53,385 nt of DNA from Myxococcota bacterium (GTDB lineage Bacteria > Myxococcota_A > UBA796 > UBA2385), in NCBI GenBank assembly GCA_044344255.1, contig JBIJDH010000038.1:1-53385 (forward strand), in the 5' to 3' direction. Under the pieces are notes generated by a model that was not told where the DNA came from, did not search any database, and saw only the letters and a program-made list of their open reading frames with translations. How positions within the stretch are numbered: the first letter of the stretch is position 1; each line of letters begins with the position of its first letter. This document shows positions 10,101 through 17,020 of this stretch, one piece after another. Made by a program: the position numbers and the translations under genes.

Positions 10101-12094
10101 TCGTGCTGCTGTCAGCCACCCCGGCGAAGAACAGCCCCCTCGAGTTCTACAACCTCATCCAGTACGTCGATCCCGGCGCCTGGACGCGGATGGGGATCCG
10201 CGACCCTGAACAGTTCATCGACCGCTACCTGAAGATCGAGATCAAGCCCGTGGTCACGCCCGCGATGGAGGTCGAGGAGCGCGGCGCCGTCGTCGGCTTC
10301 CAGAACCTCCACGAGCTGCGCGACGTGATCCTCCGCTACGGCGAATTCAAGACCGCCGAAGAGGTGGGCCTGCGCCTGCCGGAGCCCCGCGTCGAGATGG
10401 TCGAGGTGGACATGGACGTCGGCCAGGACGCCAAGTACGACGACTACGTCCGCCAGATCGAGGCCGCCATCAAGTCGGAGGACCCGGCCGACCGGGCCCA
10501 GATCCTCGGCCTCCTCGCCCGAATGGCGCTCGTCGCCATCCACGCCGAGCTCGACGAGGGCTACTCCTGGAAGACCGCCGACGAGGTCGGGAGCTCGTCC
10601 TCCCCCAAGTTCGCCGCGCTGGCCGAGCGGGTGCTCGCCAACCGCACCTGCGGTCACCTCGTCTTCGTGGACAATATCGCGGCCCACCGCTGGGTCCGCG
10701 ATGTGCTCATCAAGGGCGGCATCGTCGCCGACCGCATCGCCGTGCTCAACGCCGAGGTCGCCCCGAACGCCGCCGACCGCCAGCGTATCGCCCGCGAGTT
10801 CAACGGCGACCCCGAGACGGAGACGCTGCCCAAGTACGACGTGGTCATCGCCAACGCCATCGCCTACGAGGGCATCGACCTCCAAACGCGCACCTGCGCG
10901 ATTCACCACCTCGATCTTCCCTGGGAGCCCGCCACTCTCCAGCAGCGGAACGGCCGCGGCGTCCGACAGGGCAACACCCTCTCCGCCATCGCCATCTACT
11001 ACTACTTCTCGCGCCGCTCCCAGGATGGGCTTCGGTTCAACCTCATTCAGGGCAAACGCGGCTGGATGACGCAGCTCCTGAAGTCCCAGGACCGGGACAC
11101 GAACAACCCCGGCGCCCAGATGGACATGGGGCCGGAGGAGATCCTCCTCCTCATCAGCCGCAATCCAGAACAGACGCGGGCTCGACTGGAGGCGGTGCGC
11201 GCCCAGCGCGAGGCGGAGGCGAAGAAGAAGATCGCCGCCGAGGCGAGCAAGCTCCTCCGGGCGATCAACGCCCGCTTCCGAAACGCCGAGCGAAGCCGCG
11301 ACGCAGTCGAGGCCGCCCGGCTCCGCGGCGAAGGCGAGGAGCGCCTCAAGCACCTCGCCCGAATGAGCCCCGAAGCCTGGCCCTGGGCGGCCCAGGCCGT
11401 CGTGGTGCGGGACACGCCGGTCCTCGTGCCCGACGGGGGCGGACCCCTCTACGAAGGGCTGCGCATCGGCGTTCCCAGCACCTGGAATGAGGGGCGAGTG
11501 GACCACGGCGAGTTCGGTCGGGTGAGCCGCGAGGGCGACATCGGCTTCCGCGCCGCCGGCGAGGCCACCTGGCGCAAGCTCCGCTCGGACGCCGCCCCCC
11601 TCCAAGGCCTCCTCCCCGCGCACTACGGCGTGGACTGGCCCGCCGACGAGCACGCCTTCACGCTGCGCACCGTCCGCGACCGCCTCGCCCGGAACCTCCG
11701 CTACAACGGCGACTGGCCCGCCCTCGGCTGGCACCTTGCCCCCGACACCTGGACGGAGCGCCTCTGGGGCGAGCTCGGCCAGGAGGTCATCGAGGCCATG
11801 TCGCGCGCCTCCTACTACGAAGCCCGCGCGCAGAAGGTCCCCGTCGTCGCGCCCGCCGGCCTCCAAGTCGCCTATGCCGCCGTCATTCACGGCACCGCGG
11901 GCATCACGCCCTACCCGCCGACCGACGCCGGCTGGCGCGCCTTCCTCGAGGCGGCCCGCGTCTCGACCCTGAAGTTCGGCGAGCTCCAGGAGGCGGCCCG
12001 CTACTGGTGGAGCCGGTCGGTGCCCCGCAACCTCCTCTCCGCGGATGGCGGTGAGGGCGAAGAGGCCGAGGGAATGGCCGAGGCGGCCAAGTGA
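6965..12094 (+). CDS. DarB-like polyvalent protein: N6-adenine DNA methyltransferase fused to an SNF2-family helicase
   Basis: ANLAAMRLL...YSGWGGL, EYYTP, LEPSAGIGRF (motif I) and NPPY (motif IV). Helicase motifs DVGVGKT, VDEAQNFKN, SATPAKNSPLE, QRNGRGVRQGN. Start reassigned to GTG 6965 after AGGGGG. Confidence 0.9.
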   Translation: MNAAAMFLERILPIVRNRLPRGIDADYLDAFVDRNRPMLVMVIDQNLGPILARVQPANNPGDQGELAELWTPGKRTAANLAAMRLLATKAPGDLVEADRSVLRGYSGWGGLSIRSAAPQFPAGIPVPEERGLIHEYYTPTRVTREVARLVGPLVPELAGDEGVVHALEPSAGIGRFLHAFQGPAFADLRWHSCEWSELSGRLLAALFPSLDLHVGPFERWVREQGPAWTGRINILISNPPYGARGASLAEDPDRAYREKMAYHYFLRRGLDLLAPNGLGVFLVPAGFLTGKTAAFRTLREKVLKRHHLASAYRLPSMRPNGREAIFPGALLVTDLLFFRARGGELDAVDRADQGILEGRYFEENPRHILGREVGKDGGDDDQSAKPRYSYQVEGEFTRLPDLVERPLCSDCNIIAFPTGRSAGAGRIGVTRQADGEVSHLPRDLASAVTLGLRVDRYLALVAADAADEPPMLWPELHEALAAWKGSYGNPHAHIDLVKLARGGTTGAERFLSAFDRAGGLIEGLRHPPAAIEPRFTGQVDDVVAIAEHLYRSARSLTLPALFEYHRSLGGQLSEDAVRERALAGGWFLDGDDWRDLVPAEVYLTGSLWPRYDRAKAHGAEAQAKTLLAAIAPALFDDIDGVSARQGWLPLDLVSAWINDTWSRASGYDSVELVRQKGLVAPSGWDYEDLSKKERDLHPEVLLLVGWMNHDKTLFSPPKKFDDESEKDIDKARMKKAAEWDASFKGWVGATAERRARIEGAYNRQFRGFVQPSYAAEHLPIARWRKDGPRLHPHQIAGARRVLANRGGLLAFDVGVGKTYTGVGVIARARQEGWCKRPVVVVPNSIVWKWEADFKRVLPDYRVAVIGSKRKTISRGERKGLQTSDTDTPQERAEKWTRFQAGEYDVVLLTYTALGRTRMNEKAVRGYADQTEAIQREVTLRRRNAQKRKKLSERDQAILKEGVAAWVAQQMEISEGWDYDPGVAWDDIGVDLLMVDEAQNFKNLYLPEDREGGVPRFMGNPGDGSKRAWQLDFRCAAVRRKTGGAGVVLLSATPAKNSPLEFYNLIQYVDPGAWTRMGIRDPEQFIDRYLKIEIKPVVTPAMEVEERGAVVGFQNLHELRDVILRYGEFKTAEEVGLRLPEPRVEMVEVDMDVGQDAKYDDYVRQIEAAIKSEDPADRAQILGLLARMALVAIHAELDEGYSWKTADEVGSSSSPKFAALAERVLANRTCGHLVFVDNIAAHRWVRDVLIKGGIVADRIAVLNAEVAPNAADRQRIAREFNGDPETETLPKYDVVIANAIAYEGIDLQTRTCAIHHLDLPWEPATLQQRNGRGVRQGNTLSAIAIYYYFSRRSQDGLRFNLIQGKRGWMTQLLKSQDRDTNNPGAQMDMGPEEILLLISRNPEQTRARLEAVRAQREAEAKKKIAAEASKLLRAINARFRNAERSRDAVEAARLRGEGEERLKHLARMSPEAWPWAAQAVVVRDTPVLVPDGGGPLYEGLRIGVPSTWNEGRVDHGEFGRVSREGDIGFRAAGEATWRKLRSDAAPLQGLLPAHYGVDWPADEHAFTLRTVRDRLARNLRYNGDWPALGWHLAPDTWTERLWGELGQEVIEAMSRASYYEARAQKVPVVAPAGLQVAYAAVIHGTAGITPYPPTDAGWRAFLEAARVSTLKFGELQEAARYWWSRSVPRNLLSADGGEGEEAEGMAEAAK

Positions 12095-12756
12095 ACCCCT
12101 ACCTCGCCCCCGACCGCGTCGAGCACACGCTCGAGGCCCTCGTCCGGCCGGCGCTCGGCGTCCGCTACGTCTGGAGCGGCGGCGGCGCCAACGCCCGCTA
12201 CCCTGAGGGTGGCCTCGGCCACGTCCTCCAGCCCCGGCGGCGCGGCTGGGACTGCTCCGGCTTCGTGCTCGGGCTCCTCGCCCTGCTCGGCACGGTCCCC
12301 TGGGAGTGGAAGACGCCGCGCACCTCCGCGGGGCTGCGGAAGCTCTGCGCGCCGGTCGCCTGGGGCCAACAGCGGCCGGGGGACCTCGCCTTCTACGAGG
12401 GCCACGTCGTCGTCATCGCCACCGCTCCCGATGGGAAGGGCGACAGCGTCGTCGTCGAAGCCGGAGGCGGTCGGTCCACCACCAATGGGGACGACCCCGG
12501 CGCGGTCATCCGCATCCGCGGCGGCATCCGGCAAGGGCGAGGCGGCTTCCTCGGCCTCGGGCGGATGCACCCCATCGGCGTCTCTGAGCTGCAGCAGGCC
12601 ACCGTCGAGGCCGTCCACGCCCTCGTGAACGGAGCCGATCCCGGTTCGGTCTCCACCGCCGTCCTGGAGCAGCTCGAGGGTCGCTACCGCGGCATTCCCG
12701 CCGTCGCGGCCTTTCTGGGCCAGCCCACCGTCTCGGGGGGCCGCCATGCCCGCTGA
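12091..12756 (+). CDS. NlpC/P60-family cell-wall peptidase
   Basis: G.RYVWSGG, WDCSGFV (catalytic Cys), PGDLAFYEGHV (His). GTGA coupling. Confidence 0.85.
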   Translation: MNPYLAPDRVEHTLEALVRPALGVRYVWSGGGANARYPEGGLGHVLQPRRRGWDCSGFVLGLLALLGTVPWEWKTPRTSAGLRKLCAPVAWGQQRPGDLAFYEGHVVVIATAPDGKGDSVVVEAGGGRSTTNGDDPGAVIRIRGGIRQGRGGFLGLGRMHPIGVSELQQATVEAVHALVNGADPGSVSTAVLEQLEGRYRGIPAVAAFLGQPTVSGGRHAR

Positions 12757-13111
12757 GGTCTGGCAGTGCCACCTCCCCGCGATCTGGAACGGGACCGCGT
12801 GGAAGACCGCGCCGGTCGAGCGCCGCGCGGGCATCGACGAGGTGAGCTGCCAGGTGGTCGTCCTGGGCGACCTCGGCGGGGCCACCGTCACCGCGAAGGT
12901 GCAGGTCAGCAACGTCGCCGATGTGGCCGACGCCGGCTGGCTCGACCTCGCCGAGCTCTCGTTCACCGCGGCCGGCGTGAAGTGGGCCGGCGAGGACAAC
13001 ACGCTCCTCATCGGCACCTTCGCCTTCATCCGCCTCCGCGTCGCCCACGAGGACGGGAGCCCCACCCTCGACGCCTCCGTCACCGCCTGGCTCTGCGGGG
13101 ACACACGATGA
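12746..13111 (+). CDS. Small beta-rich hypothetical protein (candidate virion/vertex protein)
   Basis: Overlaps the upstream gene by 11 nt. Strand pattern VTAKVQVSN...WLDL...FAFIRLRV. Confidence 0.65.
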   Translation: MPAEVWQCHLPAIWNGTAWKTAPVERRAGIDEVSCQVVVLGDLGGATVTAKVQVSNVADVADAGWLDLAELSFTAAGVKWAGEDNTLLIGTFAFIRLRVAHEDGSPTLDASVTAWLCGDTR

Positions 13112-13500
13112 GCGCCGCCGTCCGCACCAACCAGCGGAGCCGCCGCCCCGTCTCCCGGAGCTGGGTCGAGGCCCACCCAGGCGGTTTCACCCTCCTCCGC
13201 GAGAGCGGCGGGCAGGTCGAGCTCCGCGCCGATCTGACCCCTGACGTCAACCGGACCCGTGACCTCGGCGACTCCGCTCACCGCTTCCGCCACGCCTGGG
13301 TGGGTGAGCTCCATACGGGCGACCTCTGCCTCGGCCGCGACACCCCCGAAGGCCCCGCCCACTGGCGCATCGTCGAGTGGCCCGACCGCATCGAGGCCAC
13401 CGACCTGAACGGTCGTCGATTCACCCTCCTCCTCGTCGCGCAGGACGGTCCCCCCTGGAAGCGCGCGCTGCGCCGCGCCCTCCTCTCGATCCTCACCTGA
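13108..13500 (+). CDS. Small fibre/spike-associated protein (130 aa)
   Basis: ATGA coupling at 13108. Motif LTPDVNRTRDLGDSAHRFRHAWVGELHTGDLCL...WRIVE resembles the P..D.T.DLGS...RW..TGDL module of phage fibre proteins. Confidence 0.65.
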   Translation: MSAAVRTNQRSRRPVSRSWVEAHPGGFTLLRESGGQVELRADLTPDVNRTRDLGDSAHRFRHAWVGELHTGDLCLGRDTPEGPAHWRIVEWPDRIEATDLNGRRFTLLLVAQDGPPWKRALRRALLSILT

Positions 13501-13523
13501 CCCCCCAACCCAAGGACGTACCC

Positions 13524-14831
13524 ATGGAAACCGAAGAGATGCTCCCGCCCATCGTGGAAGACCCGAGCCACGGCCCCACTCGCCGTCGCCTGCTGTGCCT
13601 GAAGTCCGCCTTCGTGAACTGGCTGTTCGCCGACATCAAGGTGGCCACCCTGCGCCTCGGCCAGCACAGCGTCACCATCGGCGACCGCATCACCTACAAC
13701 GACGACCAGACCCCGACCGCCGCCGGCCAGCTCGGCATGAACACGACGAACGGCCGGCCCCGGGCCTACATCGGCGGCCAATCCCGCGAGCTGCCGGGGG
13801 ACCACGAGGTGCTGCGCCCCGATGGAGAGGTCGCGAACGCGGCTGACCAGGACTGGGGCGGCTTCCGGCTGACCAACCTCGGCCTCGCCAGCCTCGCCGC
13901 CGACGCGCCCACCTGGGGCCAGGTCATCGACCTCGTCACCACCCGCGTCGACGCGCTCGAGTGGTCGGATGGCGTGGACGCGGCCACCACCACGGCGATC
14001 GCGGCCGACGCGACCCTCGCCGGCGAGACGCTCACCGCGAACGCCAACGGCGCCTTCGCCACCGTGGATGGTGTCGCCCCCGCGATGGGAAACTTCTATC
14101 TGCTGAAAGACGAGGCCAACGCGAAGGACGGCGTCTGGACGCTCACGACGCTCGGCGACGGCAGCACCGCATGGGTGCTCACCCGCCGCACCGACTTCGC
14201 CGTCGGCCAGGGCGTCGCCGGCCGTCTCCTCCCCGTGAAGCGCGGCACCGTCTACGGCGGCACCGACTGGCGGGTCTCTTCGGCCGCGGGCTCCGATGTG
14301 GTCGGCACCCACACCATCACCTTCAGCGTCCGCACGGTGACCAACGACCACGGGAGCCTCGTCGGCCTCGGGGACGATGACCACAGCATCTACGCCCTCC
14401 TCGCCGGTCGCTCCGGCGGGCAGACCTTCGTGGGCGGCTCCGGCGCCGGGCAGAGCCTCACGCTGAGCTCGACCAGCCACGCCACCAAGGGCCTCATCGA
14501 CCTCTTGGACGCCGTCCAGGTGGGCGGGAACATCGGCCTCAACGGCGACTTCGACATCAAACCCACCACCAGCGGTCAAGGCCGAGTCGGGACCGTCGGC
14601 AAGAAGTTCGCCCAGGTGAACGCCGTGGTCGTCAACATGGGCGACGCCGTCATGCAGTCCCCCGAGGACCCGAGCGCCCGCTTCGTGTTCATCGAGGCCG
14701 CCCCCGACCACCTCATCGTCGTGAACCCCGTCACTGGCCGGGCTTGGGACGTGCTCTCCGCCGGGGCCTCGCGATCCGCGACCCCCGCCGAGATCCAGCG
14801 CGCGGTTGATGGTCCCGGGGGTGGTGCGTGA
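13524..14831 (+). CDS. Fibre/spike-like receptor-binding protein (435 aa)
   Basis: AAGGA RBS. TVDGV...YLLKDE..AKDGVW...WVLTRRTDF (fibre-type module), HGSLVGLGDDDHSIY motif, Gly/Thr-rich composition. The C-terminus resembles the 13108 protein. Confidence 0.7.
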   Translation: METEEMLPPIVEDPSHGPTRRRLLCLKSAFVNWLFADIKVATLRLGQHSVTIGDRITYNDDQTPTAAGQLGMNTTNGRPRAYIGGQSRELPGDHEVLRPDGEVANAADQDWGGFRLTNLGLASLAADAPTWGQVIDLVTTRVDALEWSDGVDAATTTAIAADATLAGETLTANANGAFATVDGVAPAMGNFYLLKDEANAKDGVWTLTTLGDGSTAWVLTRRTDFAVGQGVAGRLLPVKRGTVYGGTDWRVSSAAGSDVVGTHTITFSVRTVTNDHGSLVGLGDDDHSIYALLAGRSGGQTFVGGSGAGQSLTLSSTSHATKGLIDLLDAVQVGGNIGLNGDFDIKPTTSGQGRVGTVGKKFAQVNAVVVNMGDAVMQSPEDPSARFVFIEAAPDHLIVVNPVTGRAWDVLSAGASRSATPAEIQRAVDGPGGGA

Positions 14832-15388
14832 TCGTCGCCGCGACCATCGGTCACGCCGGCCGGCCCTCCAAGTGGGCCGATCGGGGCGCTGCCTTCGAGG
14901 GGGTGGAGGAGGCGAGCGTCGTCCGCCGCTACCTCGACGCAATGGACCACGAGCTGCGCCGCCTTGGCCACTCGGTGGTCCTACTCGGCGACGGCGAGTA
15001 TGCCGACCAGTGGGCACGGGCCGACGGGTATGGCGCTGGCGTCTACCTCAACGCGCACGTCAACGCCGGGAAGGGCGACCGGGGGCTCGTCTTCTACGAC
15101 CACCGGTCGGTGCGGGGGAAATCCCTCGCCGAGGCCCTCGCCGCGGAGCTGGCCCGCGCGCTGCCGTGGTCCACCGCAGCGCTCCCTTGCCGTCCCGACA
15201 CCAACGGCGTGCCGCGGGACGGCGACTTCAGCGAGGCGTTCTCCTGCATCCGCGGGGTGAAAGCGCCCGCGGTCTGCCTGGAGCCCTACTTCCTCGACGG
15301 GCCGCGACGGGCCGACTTCCTCTTTCGCCTCCCTGATGTCGGGTGCGCCGTCGCCAACGGCATCGCCGGCTGGGCGAAGGCGGCGTGA
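14828..15388 (+). CDS. N-acetylmuramoyl-L-alanine amidase (Amidase_3), putative endolysin
   Basis: Zn-ligand and catalytic pattern IGHAG...E...YLNAHVNAG...AVCLEPYFLD. No signal peptide. Confidence 0.85.
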   Translation: MIVAATIGHAGRPSKWADRGAAFEGVEEASVVRRYLDAMDHELRRLGHSVVLLGDGEYADQWARADGYGAGVYLNAHVNAGKGDRGLVFYDHRSVRGKSLAEALAAELARALPWSTAALPCRPDTNGVPRDGDFSEAFSCIRGVKAPAVCLEPYFLDGPRRADFLFRLPDVGCAVANGIAGWAKAA

Positions 15389-15486
15389 GGATGTTCGCCT
15401 GGAACTCACCCGCGCAAACTCGGTGTCTCCGCCTTCCTCCACTTGCCAGTGCCGGACGACGAGGGCCACCCGTTCACGGGCTGGGA

Positions 15487-15939
15487 TTACCTCGCCAGGA
15501 AGTCGAAGCGGAGACTCGCGTCTGTCACCCGTTCGGGCTGCTCGTTGGTGTAGGCGAAGGCTCGGACCTCGCCCACCCCGGGGTACCGAAAGCGGACGTG
15601 GTCAGCGTAGGTCCTGGCCTGCTCCATCACCTTTTTTCGCGAGTCGGTGCGCTTGGCACGCGCGGTCGAGCCGCTCCGTCCCGTGTCGATGAATTTCACC
15701 TCCACAACGGCCACGTTGCCCGAGCCATCGGTGAAGAGCAGGTCCCCTCGGCCGAGATTGGTCATCCCGCTGACCACCTCCCACTCGTCGTCGACGAGGA
15801 ACGGAAAGGCAGGGAGGAGCTCGCGGCTGCGCCGGATCAGGTCCCTCTTGAGCACGAATTCTTCGTTCTCGTCCCAGTCTTTCCCTTCAAAGAAGGCTCT
15901 GAGGATTCCGTCCCTTCGAATCGCCTCGGCTCGGTCCAT
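15487..15939 (-). CDS. Small PD-(D/E)XK nuclease-like protein
   Basis: EWEV...GRGDLLFTD...VAVVEVK...QARTY, the E-D-ExK-QxxxY pattern. GGAGG upstream. Confidence 0.65.
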   Translation of the reverse strand: MDRAEAIRRDGILRAFFEGKDWDENEEFVLKRDLIRRSRELLPAFPFLVDDEWEVVSGMTNLGRGDLLFTDGSGNVAVVEVKFIDTGRSGSTARAKRTDSRKKVMEQARTYADHVRFRYPGVGEVRAFAYTNEQPERVTDASLRFDFLAR

Positions 15940-16016
15940 GTTCGTGCGGCCTCCGTTGTGAATGGCAAGAACGGAAGACGCAGATGTCCGTGGGCACCGG
16001 ACACCTCGGCGATCCG

Positions 16017-16110
16017 ATGGGCACGGTCCTCGAGGTCTTCGCCGGCTGCGACGGCACCTCCCACGGCCTCCATCGGGCCGGCTGGCACCCCTTCGCCCGT
16101 ATCGGGCGTG
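16017..16110 (+). pseudogene. Remnant of a C5-cytosine DNA methyltransferase N-terminus
   Basis: MGTVLEVFAGCDGTSHGLHRAGW matches C5-MTase motif I (h-E/D-h-F-A-G-x-G-G-x-x-x-G-h-x-x-A-G). No later motifs follow. Confidence 0.5.
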
Positions 16111-16181
16111 CCCCAGTCGCGGTCATGGAGTGCCAATACTCTTCGCTGGATGCGGCAGGCATCCCGATGAACCGCTCGGCG

Positions 16182-16670
16182 CTAAGGGGCGTCTCTCGCC
16201 TCCCCGACCTCGGCCAGGGCCCGCGCGATCAAGGCAGGGTGGAGCCGAAACCCCTCCGCCTCCACGCGCGCCAGGACCGGGCCGAGCGCTTCAATGAGAC
16301 CGCGCTGACGGGCCTCCAGGAGCACACCGAGGGTGCCGCGCACTGGAAGGCCTCTCGCGCGAGCGACGGCTCTACCGGCTCGCTCGTCCATGAGGAGCAG
16401 ATCCGCACTTTCGGCCTCGGCCAACGCGATCGCAGCGGTCTCGCCCGCATCGAGGCCAAGGTCCATCACGGGCGGGCTCGGTTGCAGAGCCACATGCAGC
16501 CAGGGAGCGGCCCGAAGCTCGGCAACCCCGACGGCGTTCGGGCTCCCTTCCACCAGCTCCAACCAGACGACCCGAGGGACCAGCACTCGCTCGAACAAGG
16601 CAGGGAGCAAATCCAGCAGGCCAACCCGCGCCATCACCACCAGCGGCGATGCATCCGCAACCACCAGCAT
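16182..16670 (-). CDS. PIN-domain toxin (DUF3368-like)
   Basis: VVADASPL...VPRVVWLEL...LDAGETAAIALA...LLMDERAGR...GTLGVL. Confidence 0.85.
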   Translation of the reverse strand: MLVVADASPLVVMARVGLLDLLPALFERVLVPRVVWLELVEGSPNAVGVAELRAAPWLHVALQPSPPVMDLGLDAGETAAIALAEAESADLLLMDERAGRAVARARGLPVRGTLGVLLEARQRGLIEALGPVLARVEAEGFRLHPALIARALAEVGEARDAP

Positions 16671-16679
16671 GACCGCGCC

Positions 16680-16961
16680 TCAGGCCCGACCCGCCGTCGC
16701 GCGGATCGACTCGATCTCCTGCTCGAAGTCGTCGGGATCGTAGTCAAGAGTGAGCACCCCGTGGGCGCCGGCCACGCGCAGGAACTCGTCGAGGCTGAGC
16801 CCCAACAGGCGAGCGCCCGCCACCCGAGAGAGGCGCCCCTGCCGAACCTCGTCAAAGACGAGGAGCCGGGAGAGCCGATGCGCGAGCAGCTCGGGTGCCT
16901 CGCCCACGACGGTGGCCGGCACTTCAACCAGGACAGGGATGGTGGATGCGGCTGCGGCCAT
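16680..16961 (-). CDS. UPF0175-like antitoxin partner
   Basis: GRLSRVAGARLLGLSLDEFLRVAGAHGV HTH pattern with an acidic tail, directly upstream of the PIN gene. Confidence 0.8.
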   Translation of the reverse strand: MAAAASTIPVLVEVPATVVGEAPELLAHRLSRLLVFDEVRQGRLSRVAGARLLGLSLDEFLRVAGAHGVLTLDYDPDDFEQEIESIRATAGRA

Positions 16962-17020
16962 GCCCTGGACCTATCGCGACACCACCCGCCGGCCCAGCCT
17001 GCCCTTCCCCGGAACGTTCC

